Source: Paragordius varius (taxonomy: Eukaryota > Animalia > Nematomorpha). Taken from it: 64,000 bases of DNA. A program made the position numbers and the translations under genes. Where the stretch lies: positions 9,858,001 to 9,922,000 of the forward strand of contig OZ176052.1 in assembly GCA_964247055.1 (NCBI GenBank), read 5' to 3'. Positions 1 to 15,650 of the stretch are shown piece by piece (positions within the stretch are counted from its first letter, which is position 1; each line of letters starts with the position of its first letter). The notes below the pieces were generated by a model that was not told the origin of the DNA, searched no databases, and worked only from the letters and a program-made list of their open reading frames with translations.

Positions 1-660
1 TCCTCCTTCCATTTCCATCAAAATTATTAGCAATTCCATATTACTTCAAATTTTGTATTCTTATATAATATTAAAATCATAATGAATTGGATTTATAATA
101 AAAATTCCTAAATTGATTTTAGCACTCTTTAAAATGACTATTCAGAATTCTAGCCGAATTCAAGAAAAATCATCAAAATGCAGTGTTTTTTGTTAATATA
201 TTTAAATGTGTTGTAATTGTCCATTTTTGCAATTGCTATAATTTCAAGGTCACAAATATCAACATTTTAATATGTTTATGAAATAATGAAAAACAACGCG
301 TTTTGGCACAAATTATAATTGTATAAAACCGTTTTAAAAACCGCGCATATACAAGTGTTTGCAGTCTGTTTTGTCAAGGTTTGCAATCGATTTAAATTAA
401 TTGTCAAAAAAAAAAATTTAACGAATGCATTTGGTTTATAAGAGCTCAAATAGAAAGATTTTCCTTTATCGGTTTAATCATATTTTGTAATGTCTCCATT
501 ATAACTATAAAATTTATTGTGGCTGAATTAAAACTGTTATAGAGATGGTTTTACACTAGTTTTAATGGTATAGAAAATTTACTTAACTCTTTATTTAAAA
601 AAATTCTAAAAAAAACTAAAAACCATCATATTCCTTTCAATTTTTTATTTTTATAAACAG

Positions 661-2757
661 GTACAATGGGTAAAAGATTGGCCAAAATAAATGTTGAAAA
701 TACGGAAAATAATCGAAGACTTTTCCGCCAACTTTTGTTCACTTGTCCGAGTGTGATGGCAGATTCCATTAGTGCCGTTATTCTATTCCACGAAACTTTG
801 TATCAATCGGCCGATGATGGAACACCATTTGTTAAATTGTTACAAGATAAAGGTAATCATGGTTTAATACACAAACATTGGATTATTTTATTTTTTATTA
901 TATTTATAATTTTAGGTATTATACCTGGCATAAAAGTTGATAAGGGTACAGTCATCCTTGGTGGTACAGATGAAGAAACTACAACACAAGGTATTTATTT
1001 ATTAAATCAAAAACAGATTAATTATTTTTACAAAATTTTAATTAATCTTTCAATTCAGTTTTTTATAAATATAAAATTTTTTAATAAATATACCACCAAG
1101 GTTTGGATGGGTTGGCCGAAAGATGTGCCCAATATTATAAGGACGGTTGTCGCTTTGCTAAGTGGAGATGTGTCCTTAAAATTGGTCCACACACTCCCAC
1201 ACAATTAGCTATCATGGAAAATGCCAATGTTTTAGCTCGTTATGCTAGCATTTGTCAACAGGTTTATATACCAAAACTATTTTAATGTACCTGTGGGCTC
1301 CCTTTCACTAAAATGATCCCGGCATGGGATAAAATATGAGTCATTAGTTATATCATGACCAATTTTTGAATTTCAATATTTAATCATCAATAAAAATATT
1401 TCAATTAATTGGTGTATTATGTGGGTTCCATACTACCCACCAATTAGTAATGTATACGAAGGTTTTCTCAACTTTGAATTATTATAACTTAAAAACCTAC
1501 ATGGGAGTCCCACTGTTTGCAAAAACACGATTAATCTTAAAGATAAATTCCTCTATTTGAACATTAATATTTATCCAATATTATAAAAATGTATCCTGTA
1601 TTAAACAGAATGGATTGGTTCCCATAGTTGAACCCGAAATCTTGCCTGATGGAGATCATGATATTACTCGTTGTCAAGAAGTTACAGAAGCCGTTTTATC
1701 TGCCGTATATAAGGCTTTACAGGATCATCATGTATACTTGGAAGGAACGCTTCTAAAACCAAATATGGTAACCCCAGGGATGCAATACACCGGTCACAAC
1801 AACATAGCATCCAAAGGAATAACTAATGGGGCAACGCATAATGGAAACACAAACCTAGAAAGTCACATGATAGGCCGTGCGACTGTTGAAGCACTCCAAA
1901 GAACCGTTCCTGCCGCAGTTCCTGGTATTATCTTCATTTTAATGAATAATAGCTAAAAATCAGCGAGAGAAAAAAGTTTTTTTTGAATTTTATGACAAGT
2001 CAAAGTAAAATAAGTATGATTTGAGTTCATTACTGTTTTTATGGTTTCTAATCCGGATTTTAAGATACCGAGTGCATGAAAAGTATAAATTATACTCAAG
2101 TATACTTAAACCAGACTCTTGTTAAAATTTTCGATATGTTGAATATAGGGATTGTATTTCTTTCGGGCGGTCAAACCGAAGAAGATGCTACAATTAATCT
2201 AAATTCAATCAACCAAACAGCAGGGAAAAAACCATGGGCCCTGAGTTTTTCGTTTGGGAGAGCTTTGCAAGCTAGTACTCTAGCTGCATGGCGGGGCAAA
2301 CAGGAAAATGTTAAGGTGGCGCAAGACGAATTTCTCAAACGAGCAAAGGTAATAATTTACTTATATTTAAATTTTTGTACAAAATAATAGGAATATTGAG
2401 ATAGTATACTGATAATATCAATTTATTGAACATGTTTAGTTAAATATCTTTTCAAAATGTATATATTTTACCAATTCAATCTTTATACATTTGGCCCCTA
2501 TTATCTTGAAAATGACCCTTTATCATACGTTTTGACACCTAAACTTAGATCATAGTTTTGAACCAGTTGTTTATTTAGACTCATTAAGAATCATTAAGAT
2601 TTACGGTAACTAATTTAATATTTTTTTCTTATAACATTAAATTTTCCTATTTGCGCAGGCTAATGGTTTAGCGAGTCAAGGTCAATATGAAACATCCAAA
2701 ACTATGAATGGTGTGGCATCTGGGGTTTCCAATTTTGTTCCACAACATGTCTATTGA
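661..2757 (+). CDS. ALDO: Fructose-bisphosphate aldolase class I, 5'-partial (upstream exons lie before the window)
   Basis: Exons 661-852, 916-990, 1101-1260, 1609-1924, 2149-2348, 2659-2757, all GT-AG and in phase. Motifs: [92 protein letters not shown]-terminal Tyr (QHVY*). Confidence 0.97.
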
Positions 2758-2926
2758 TTTTTGTGAAACACTTTTTAACAATCAGGATGGATCATTTGTT
2801 GTCCTATTTTTATCATTATCATCAATTCCATTTTTTATAGCAATTTAACAGAGCAATAATATATTTTATATTTCTCACATGGATGGGTCTATTAACACAA
2901 GGCACCGAAACATATAAATTTACATT

Positions 2927-2944
2927 TTTATTAATTCAAATAAA
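2927..2944. terminator. Back-to-back polyadenylation signals of two convergent genes
   Basis: AATAAA on + at 2939-2944 (first after the aldolase stop at 2757); AATAAA on - at 2932-2927 (26 nt after the RhoGEF stop at 2958). Confidence 0.5.
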
Positions 2945-2957
2945 TAATTATTGATAA

Positions 2958-5900
2958 TTAATTTTTAAGGAAATTGGAAGATAAGTTTATATTGGCATTC
3001 CAATTATCATATGTCATTTTGATGTGTTTGATCCATTCATTCTGCAAGTGTAAAGAAGAAAATAAAGCTAAAATATATAGCGATTTTTGGTTTTCTCAAA
3101 TTTTAGGGTTACAAATATTAAATGGCCAGCAAATGAGGAAAAAATAAAATTTAACTTTTGATTCTATCGAATCCGCCAAAAATAGGTATTGTGCCACGGT
3201 TTCACGGTACTTGGTTAAATGCTTGACCATAAACATATTGCTATAATCTAAATTTATATTATTATCTACCTTTACCGTCCTGTTTTGTGTTCCCGGCTTC
3301 GGTATCGTGTTTGAAATCATATATGACGAATTTGTCAATATCTATGATTTGATTCATAACCTCATAATTTATCATGTATTTCCTACCAAACATTGTTTCC
3401 TAAAAACAATAAAGGTATTTCAGCTAAAATTTTATCATTAAAATTCATCAAAATTCCGAATAATGTTGGGGTTTTAACCGGTCATATAACTAATGACTAT
3501 GAAAGCAGAAACATAACCAACTTAACTACCTGTAAAGTAATTAAGTCATCAGTTTTATTGGAAAAAAGTCGCTATATTAAATATTGTCCAAATTCAACCT
3601 TTGCAAAACTAAAGCATATTTACCCGTTTCTGACGCCATTTCTTTATTTGAGTCACAATCATTAGGTCATCGAATAAAAAGAGCCGTATTTTTGTTTGTT
3701 TAAAATCTTCTAAATATTATTGGGATGCTTACTTTGTTGAAGGGTTAAATTACCCTCGTGAATAATTTTCCTTCGAGGATTAGCAATATTAATTGGCTTA
3801 ATTTGATAGTTCTATCAATAAAATATTTTTATCAACATAAAAATTTCGGCAATATAAAACAAAAAATTTATTATTAAAGAACTAACTTTGGAAACGTCAT
3901 ATTTTTGGCACGTCCACACAAGTACTTCTTCGATCTCTTGTAACCTTTTATAGTTTTTCATCCATATCATTTTATCTTCGAGTTGACCTGTTAGAATGTG
4001 CACAGTATGATTAAAAATACATTACAAGATTTTCATTAAACCCTGCCAGATGGCATTTACAGTAAAGAGTTATATGTTGGCATAAAATTGGTAACAATTG
4101 TTACTCGTTACTGTAAATGCTATCAGAAATAATTAATAAAAAAATAGCAATGTAGTTTTACTCATACTGTAAAAATTTAATTTAACATAATATTTAATAA
4201 TTTTAATGTATGGTTTTATTATAATTAAACCTATAGATGTATCCAAATCCTGAATAAGCGTATTAAAGCATTGATTCAACTCAATATCACTACATCTTTT
4301 GACGATATTTTTAATTAACAATGGAATTTTCATGTAATATTGTACGGGAGATATAAGCAGGTCGGAAAGATTTCTCTTTCGGTTATTTTCATTTTCATGA
4401 CATAACTATAAAATAGATTTTTGGATAAAATGTAAAGAGTAAAAACATTATAAATTTATATTTTTTAACCTTTTCGTATAATCGAAAATCTTGAGAAAAC
4501 CTAAGGATATAGAGGTGATTCAGTGCATTCAGATAATTTAAACAGTATTTGTGGTAAGCTTTGTTTTTAAATCCATACATTTCCTATGAGGAGAAAGATA
4601 AAAAAGTGTATAAACTTTATTGGAATTGCCATCCTGTAGGCCCATTAATTTGCTAATCACAACTATTACATCAAATTGATTTCCTTTCAGACAATTTTGA
4701 GCATCTTTACAAAAATTTGTGGTTATCTAAACAAAAAAAACTAAAATAATTTTATTCGAGTTAAAAAATTTTTTTTACAAACACAATATTTTTTAAATGT
4801 CATTTTAAATACTGAGCATAATTCATCCAAATTCCCAAACAGAATTTCAGGTTCCGCGTCCATTAAAAAACCATCCACTTGTACCGATTTTAAAGTTTCC
4901 ATATATACCTATTTTCATCAATAAAATAATATATTTACTGATTTTATATCGTTTCGAAGGAATATAAAGAACAATTATAAATTTTTATCCCTGATTAATG
5001 CAAGCCCTGCAGGAAGAAAGCCACAAGCGAAACAAATGTAGAGTTTTCTAAAATCCCTAATTACCCAGAATCGGCATATATTATTTAAAATTTATAAACG
5101 GCATAATAGAGGTGAGACCATTGATTTATTCACCATTTTTTCAAAATAATCCTTGTCATTTAAAAAGGGTCATAATTCTTTTTGGTGATTTTTTAGTATA
5201 TTTTCGTTTTTAAAAATGTACCTTTGCAGTAAAAGTACCCATAGTTTTTATTTTTTACATAAAAACTGAGGATAAAAATGTCAATAATTCCAAAAAACAA
5301 TGTTAATGCCGATAATAGATTAATCAAAAATTTTATTGAGTTGTTTAATCATTCAATTATGTGATTGTATCAATTAAAACTAGCAGATAATAAAAATTTT
5401 ACATTTTTCAAAACCATCAAGGTGTTATCCAGGAAATCAGCTTCAGTCACAAATAATTCCCATAAAGCGTTTAAGAAATAAAAATGATTTTTGGAACATT
5501 CCAATTTATTATTTGTATGTGTCCAATGCGACCATTCATAATTCTAGGTAAAATGCGAGATTAAAATCAAAATTATAAAAACATAACATAAAAAGCAAAC
5601 GACTATTATTTTAAAAAAACATATGATGTAATCTTTAATTTTTTAAACAAACTATAGGATTGAAATGTTGATATTTTAAATTGAGACAAATTTACAGCTT
5701 CTTATTACTAAAAACCTATGTCGCATTTAAAAAAAACACAGGCTAAAAAATATGTTTGTCTCCATAAAAAATATTAATTCCTTTACTTTTATGTTTTGTC
5801 CTTATTTATATTTTTAATTTTTTTATATTATTATTTTGATAAAAATTACAAAAAATTTGCTCATTTCCATTGTACATAGTCCCATTTTCGAGATTGACGT

Positions 5901-7167
5901 TTCAAGACAAGTTTCAAACTCCGATTTTTCTACCAATAAACTGGGCCTTTTGTTGTGATTTTTTATCTAATATGTGAAATAGCTGTATAATATAATGCCT
6001 ATAAAGAGTTTTTAATTTTTTTATTTTGCAAACAGTATACCAATTTTGAAAGAGACCAAAAGCTGTCAGTAAAATTTTTAGTATCACTATCGATTTCACT
6101 GTTTGAGTTCTCAGTAAATTGTGGTAAAGATTTTCTGCGCCGAAAATACGTGATGGCATCACAACTAAAGTAAAAAATATAATTATGGTAAGCTAAAAAT
6201 TTGTTTATAGTTTATATGTTGACTAATACATACTTTAATTTCCAATTTGCATAAAAGGGAGAATTAAGATGAAACTCTGTCAAGTCCTTCGATACATCCT
6301 AAGATGGTTAAAAATTAAACATTTATTTACAAATGGTTCCAAACTCAATTTCAAAAAAGATAGTTTATTATTATGACACTATTTCAAACTGCAATCTTAC
6401 AGTAAAATAGTAATTTTAAACCTATTATTTTCTCAAAAAAAACACTAGACATATTATTTTATCACATAATCTTTAACAGAGCGCATCGATTATAAAATTA
6501 CTGATTTTTAATTGAATATTACCATTAGTTAATAATTTATTAACAATCATAAATGAAGCGAAGTTAGAAAATAATTTATATATTTATGGCGGACAACGTT
6601 GGAGAACTATTTTTATTAAAACAAATTCTAGTTTTTCTCTCTGAAGTTCGTAAAGCTAAACCAATATCCTTATGGTTCTTTTTTAATGTGATTTTACTAG
6701 ATAGATATACCCCAAAAGGTAATACAAAATATTTAAATTGCGTTATAAATAAGGTTTGAAAAAAAGCCTTATTTTAATATATTTCTTACCTTTTTGTCAA
6801 AAGCAATCAAAATAAATTTTACCGTTTCATCTGGAGCAATGGCCCTCCTTCTCCCATACGGATAACTCACCGAATGAGACTTTTTAGGAGCACATTTTAC
6901 ACCAGGATCTGACGAGTCACTATTTTCTTCAATATGAATCCCATTTATTGGCAACAGTCCATTTTCCAATCCCGTATTCTCTAATATTACACATTTTGCC
7001 ATATTTTCATGATTTAGGTCTTTAAAGCGTTCGTCCTTCAAATTTAAGGTGGTAGAATAAGTATCAAAACAAGATATAAGTTCTTCCAAATCATGATATA
7101 TCAGAGCTGGAGGGAAATCAATGGTAAATTCTTGATCACTTAGGCATGAACTATCTTCAAACAGCAT
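2958..7167 (-). CDS. PLEKHG7: Rho guanine nucleotide exchange factor with DH-PH domains, PLEKHG7-like
   Basis: 15 phase-consistent GT-AG exons: 7167-6790, 6298-6234, 6164-6041, 5966-5850, 5543-5403, 4908-4813, 4726-4616, 4583-4470, 4405-4231, 3987-3887, 3811-3733, 3709-3624, 3399-3276 (or 3270), 3247-3156, 3041-2958. DH motifs ALWELFVTEADFL, ILFGNLDEL, YHKYCLNY, LSDLLISPVQYYMKIPLLIKNIVKR; linker QLEDKMIWMKNY..IEEVLVW as in PLEKHG7; PH motifs HEGNLTL, RLFLFDDLMIVT, NMFMVKH, NEWIKHI. Confidence 0.88.
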
Positions 7168-7976
7168 AAACGATGTTATTTACTTTTAGACAAAAATATG
7201 CAAAATTTAATATTTGTTCAAATACACCTTTATTATAACTAGGATTGTGTCTGGGGAACTCCGGTACATTTTCTGTCAAAAATTTTTTTTAGTCAGCACA
7301 TATCTGTATACGGTACCGCTTTGCAAAAGTTGAATAAGTATAATGAATTTTTGAATAAGTAAAAGGGATTTTTTATAAATAGAACAAATGAAATAATAAT
7401 ACTTGTTAATTAACTGTTTAATATTTTAAAATATTCGACTCTTTACGATCTTACAAATAAAACTGAGTATTAAAATAAATTATAACAATGATCGGCCATA
7501 ATTAGGCCTTTGTTTTTTTGTAGTTAGTATAAAAAGGAAGGCAATGAAAATTGTAAATGGACTTGGGGATTTTGAAACATTTTTAAATTAATCTTATACA
7601 TTTAGCGACAATGGGCATTAAAAGATTTGTGATTATAAATCATATATCATTAGATAGACCGGCATCTTAACGATTTTAGAAATCAAAAGTGAAGGTCATT
7701 TTTTGAACCAAAACCGAATCACATTTTTTGTCGCACTTTAGGTCAAATAATAATTTTTAATGGTAAAAATGTGTAAGCTAAGTTTCTTGACGCAAAACAT
7801 TTTAATTACGTTTTATATTATTTCGGAAGAGCCGCAAAAAAATTCATGAGTTTAAGCTAAAAAACGCTCTTTTGCAGGAAGTTTGACCAAAATAAATTGC
7901 GGGAAAATGCAATTCTTAGTAATTGGCATAGTAGCGGAAGTACATATAGTTTAACCATAACCCTTAATAAATAAAA

Positions 7977-9696
7977 TCTATATATTTATAAAAATGGAAA
8001 GGCTGGCTTTGTGATCTATTTCCGGAAAACCGGTAGATCCATTCAAATCCAAATGTCGAAAAATATAATCATTAGAATGCCCCGACAATAGCTTCGCCCT
8101 TTTCTTGAATTTAGCCCCCAGTAAAAGAGAAGCCCACAAAATTGTGTCTTTGAGACAATTTTCCGGAAAACATGTAGGACCATTTGATTTCAGATGAGTT
8201 TATTCTACTTATTTTCGATTGCGCCGAATATAGTCAGCTCGTTTTTTTTATTTTGGCCCTCTTTTTACTTTCCCCCTGTGAAATGCCATTTTTTTCCAAA
8301 AAATAAATCGACAAAAATATTTTTTTGAATCTATTTTCGCTCAAGGTATGAGACCGTAAAAACTCAATGAAAATTCCAGGTATTTCCTGTTAAATGGCAA
8401 TTTTAGTCGTGCGTTTCTTTTATATTGGCTGCGGCTTAGGAAATACCCGCTAAAAACTGCCCTGTCATATTGAAATAGGGTGCCTTTGGGGCTAAATTTC
8501 AGAAAATTTATCAGGCCATATAAGTCCAATAGCTGCCTAATATACTCCCTTTACCAAGGAAACTTAAGATCCTGCTGTTTTTTAAAATTAACGGTTAGTT
8601 TGGCCCTTCACGCCCTGAAAAATGCGCCACCATAAAATGTTAGTTTTGAGGCAATTTTTCCAAAAACTAACGGGAGCATATTAAATCAATCATGATTCCA
8701 GGTATTACCCGAAGCGTTTTTTTGTTTTGCCCCTTGTTAGGGGGCTACCTGCGTAAAACTGCGTCACCATATTGATACAGCATGTCTTTGAGGCCGAATT
8801 TCAGAAAACCTATGAGACTATGTGAGTTTACCTATTATTATTTATGTTAAGATGTTGTCTATGGGCCTATAATGTTGTTTACCCCTTAAAAAACAAATAT
8901 TTTAGTATAGGGGGTTATTTCAATGAGTCGCTAAGTAAAATTTGCCCTTAAAAATGCGCCGCCATAGAAAATTTTTTTAGTTTTGAATATCCAAGAACTT
9001 ATAGTAACATATAGAATCCATGATAATTCCATATTCTCCATATAAAGGCACAAATTTTGCCCAACGCTTTTTTATACCTGCCCCTGGGTAAGGAGCTACC
9101 CACAAAAACTGCGCTACTATATAGGAATTGCGTTGTTTTAAGACAATTTACAGAAAATTTATGAAGCCATATGAGCTCTTGAAATATTATCCGTTAGGTA
9201 AAAATTAAGGTCAGACGTTTTTTAGCCGTTAATTTGGGCCTTTATGCCCTTAGATTTACGCCATCATATAACGATTATTTAGAGTTTAGGTATTTTGAAT
9301 AACTCAATAGACGATATTTGCCCTGTAAAGGCAAAGAATTTAACTGAGCGCTTTTTCCATATATGTCTATCGGTTTAAAATGAGAGGCCATACAAAAATG
9401 GCATGTGGAGCTAATTTTCAAGAAACTTAAGAAGCCATACGAGTTCAATAAAGGAGCGGTTTTTTCCGAAAGCCGTCAATTTGGGGCCTTGACACGAGAA
9501 AACAATATATTAGTATGAATGCACAGTTTTGAAAATTTTATAAAGCTATGTTATGAGATCATAATAAATATTGTTTCGAAATAATCCACATATATGGATC
9601 ACAATTTTGTTGATCCTTTTTTCAAATAGCGCACCCCCTCTTCAAGAAGTCCGAAAGACATACTCGGGCTGCGTAGCACTCCGAGATTTACTCTAG
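7977..9696 (+). mobile_element. Non-autonomous Helitron, long copy with internal minisatellite
   Basis: A|TCTATATATTTATAAAA 5' end; 3' GC-rich hairpin CTCGGGCTGCGTAGCACTCCGAG followed 7 nt later by CTAG|T; no TSD; both ends shared with copy at 18936-19521. Confidence 0.85.
8000..9480 (+). repeat. Degenerate ~140-190 bp tandem array (about 9-10 units) inside the Helitron
   Basis: Recurring core like TGTCTTTGAGGC.AATTT.CAGAAAA.TTAT.AG.CCATAT.AG near 8010, 8150, 8480, 8650, 8790, 8980, 9140, 9290, 9410. Confidence 0.7.
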
Positions 9697-9701
9697 TATG
9701 C

Positions 9702-9722
9702 ATATATATATATATATATATA
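9702..9722. repeat. (TA)n microsatellite just downstream of the Helitron 3' end
   Basis: Direct reading. Confidence 0.9.
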
Positions 9723-10111
9723 TTTTATTTAAATCGACGACAAAAAAAACTTTCAGTTTTTTTATTTAGGGAGTTATTTATCTTTAAAATTGTAATTCTT
9801 AAATTCCCGGATTATATGAGTCTATTATAAGAATTTTATATACTAATTTTTGTCATAAATTTGCATTTAGTATTACATATGTATATATATGAGATATGCT
9901 ACAGAAAGATTATATGAAAATACCTTCTTGAGAAAAGTTTTTTTTTGAAAACTTCTGCTGATAAGTATCCACTAATTGAGAAATTTTAATTTGTTTGCGA
10001 TTAATGATGGTTGATTTTTTTGATGAAGCCTGTTAAATAGGTGCTGAATCTTGAAATTAGTAAATGAACGCTTTATCATCATCTGTTTTTTCATAAATGA
10101 AAGACGTACAC

Positions 10112-10413
10112 CAGGATTCCAACATGCGGCCGTTCAAAATAATTTTTCCACCCGCAAAAAGCAAAAAATATCAAATTTACACAACATTTTATAATTTGAA
10201 AAAAAAAGTTTATACCAAATCTTATCAAAAATATATATTTTTAATTATTCAATAATATCCAGAATTATTCAGAATTATATTTATTTTGTCTAAAAAACAT
10301 TATTTATTGTTTGGTAAATGGTAATAGTTACTAACGCCCATTTGTATTTTTTTTCGATGCGGCGCGTGCCTTTTCATGGCATGCGCCCTAACCATTTTTG
10401 TTGGGCACCCCTG
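10112..10413. mobile_element. Possible decayed hAT-type MITE
   Basis: Left end CAGGATTCCAACATGCGGCC; right end reverse-complements to CAGGGGTGCCCAAC; flanking 8-mers ACGTACAC/ACTTACGG match only 5/8. Confidence 0.35.
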
Positions 10414-10925
10414 ACTTACGGACATAATTGAATCAAATGGACGACCAATACATCCGATTAATACCAAGAATTAAAAGTAAAATATATGGTAATTGGGTTG
10501 ATAAGTTAACTTCAAAATTTACGATATTTAGAAACTGTAATTTTTATCCTATATTGTTTTAATACTATTTTAAAATTATAAAATCTTTAAACTCGTTAAT
10601 ATCCTATTTAATTTAAGAAAAAATTCCCTAAAAATATTTTCAATTACACTTTTTTATAGATATGATATGCACATACGTATGCATGACGATTAACTTTGCG
10701 TTGCACGCTACAAATCCCAATTAATCAATTATGTAATGCACAAAAATCATTTTATATTAAATATTTTTTATATAATCTTCATAACATTCATCTTTCAATT
10801 AATGTTTTTTTCCTTACAGCACAATATATATATATAATAGTTTCGACCTATTTACTTAAAATTGCCACTCCAAATTGGCTAAGAAATAGGTAGATAACAC
10901 AGAAGCTCCTAATACATAATTAACG

Positions 10926-14100
<3,175 letters not shown>

Positions 14101-14764
14101 AAAATTCAACAAAAGCATAGCATATAAAATTAATGTTCTTTTGACTCTTAAAATAAATTATTCTCTAATATTTCGCATATATTAGGTTTGTATTAATAAT
14201 GTAAGCAAAAAGAAACTCTTATACTACACTTATTATAATGTTTTAATGGGTAATTGATGGCTAGAAAATATAATGATTTGGTTAAAAAGTCATTTCTATT
14301 TTTGTGGGCATACATGACCTTATCACTTTTTTACGCGATGATATATTGGGGTAGTTTCATATCCGAGAGCTCTTGTAAATAAACTACTTTTGAAACACAT
14401 AGTTACTGCTTCATTACCTTTTAGGTAATTGTATATACGAGAGCGATTTGAAGAAGTATTTAACGTATTAAACCGAATTTTATATGCCTACTTTAGCCTC
14501 TTAGGCACATTAATAAAAAATGATTATATATTCTCATCTTAAACTTTTTTCGCCGCCATTGTTTTCTTTAATTGTTTTAAATTGATAATGCAATCAGACA
14601 AATAAATGTTGGTTAAAAAGCTTTCAGGCTAGTTTATTTATAGAAAACTAGCCCATTAATTTGAACACTTTCGGAGTCCACATCTATTAAAATTTTTAGA
14701 AATATTAATTTGCCTTTTATATGTAGTTTATGATTTATATTAGTGATATTTGAAATGGTCTTAA

Positions 14765-15650
14765 TAGTTGGCAACACATTCGTTTTAGACCTCCGATTTA
14801 AATGGGTTTTTGGGCACTCACAACCTGTTTAACACTTGGATACAATACACTCATTTTAGTCCTTCGATTCAAATTGGGGTAGTTGGATACCCCAGGTTTG
14901 TTTAAAATCAAATACTTAAAAAGTATGGAAGGAATCGAAACCATGGCAAAATTTTGCACTTATAGTAATCATAAAATACTTGATATTACTTATTTTGAGC
15001 TAAAACCGAAAGGTAAAAATTTTGTCAACGTGACATGTGTCTGATTTTAAAATTAAAAAATAATACAAAATAAACCGCTTTTTCTACATCTATCAATGTT
15101 AGATGTAATTTATATAAAAAATTAGCTTTAGTTTTACCCATAAAATTAAATGAAGACGATAATTTGCAAAAATTTTGTAAAATAAAAATGGCGTCAAAGT
15201 AGTTTGAGATGGAACTTTTTTTTTAAAATAAAATTTTATCAGACATATTTATATAGTATTCATCAGGATAGAAGCATAAATTTATTTTGGGACCGTTTCC
15301 TTCAGTAGTTTTTTAAAATTTTTTATTTAAATTGAGTCTGTATTTAGATACCCCAATTTGAATCGAAGTGTTAAAATATAAATAAATATGGAATAAATTG
15401 AAATCATTGGAAAATTTTGCATATATTTATCATTAATGCATCGCAATATAAAAACATTCATTTGAAAAAGTTGATATTAATTTTTTCATGGATAAACTTT
15501 AGGTAAAAATTAACCAACATATCTTATATGCACTAGCTAAATATAATAATGTAAAATAAATTACTTTTCTGTTCATAATAATGTATGGGAATTAAATATA
15601 TTAGCTTAAACTTTAGCATTAGAATCAAATATACACAAATTCATTATATT
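14765..15650 (+). mobile_element. Older diverged copy of the piggyBac-like MITE family, interrupted by the young copy
   Basis: 14765-14832 resembles the first ~70 bp of the MITE (CAACACATTCGTTTTAGACCTCCGATTTAAATGGG); sequence after 15370 resumes its internal sequence (TATGGAATAAAATTGAAATCATTGGAAAATTTTGCA; GTTGATATTAA..AGGTAAAAATT). Right boundary approximate. Confidence 0.6.
14833..15370 (+). mobile_element. piggyBac-like MITE, copy A (538 bp)
   Basis: TTAA|CACTT...AAGTG|TTAA; inverted repeat CTTCGATTCAAATTGGGGTA at both ends; close copy at 20370-20945. Confidence 0.85.

Noticed and set aside
3393-3665. 90-aa + strand ORF
   Set aside because: Antisense to RhoGEF exons/introns with no recognisable motif.
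4985-5120. Relatively GC-rich patch in a RhoGEF intron (snoRNA or exon?)
   Set aside because: Gene model is complete without it and no clear C/D or H/ACA pattern; no tRNA, rRNA or snRNA recognised anywhere in the window.
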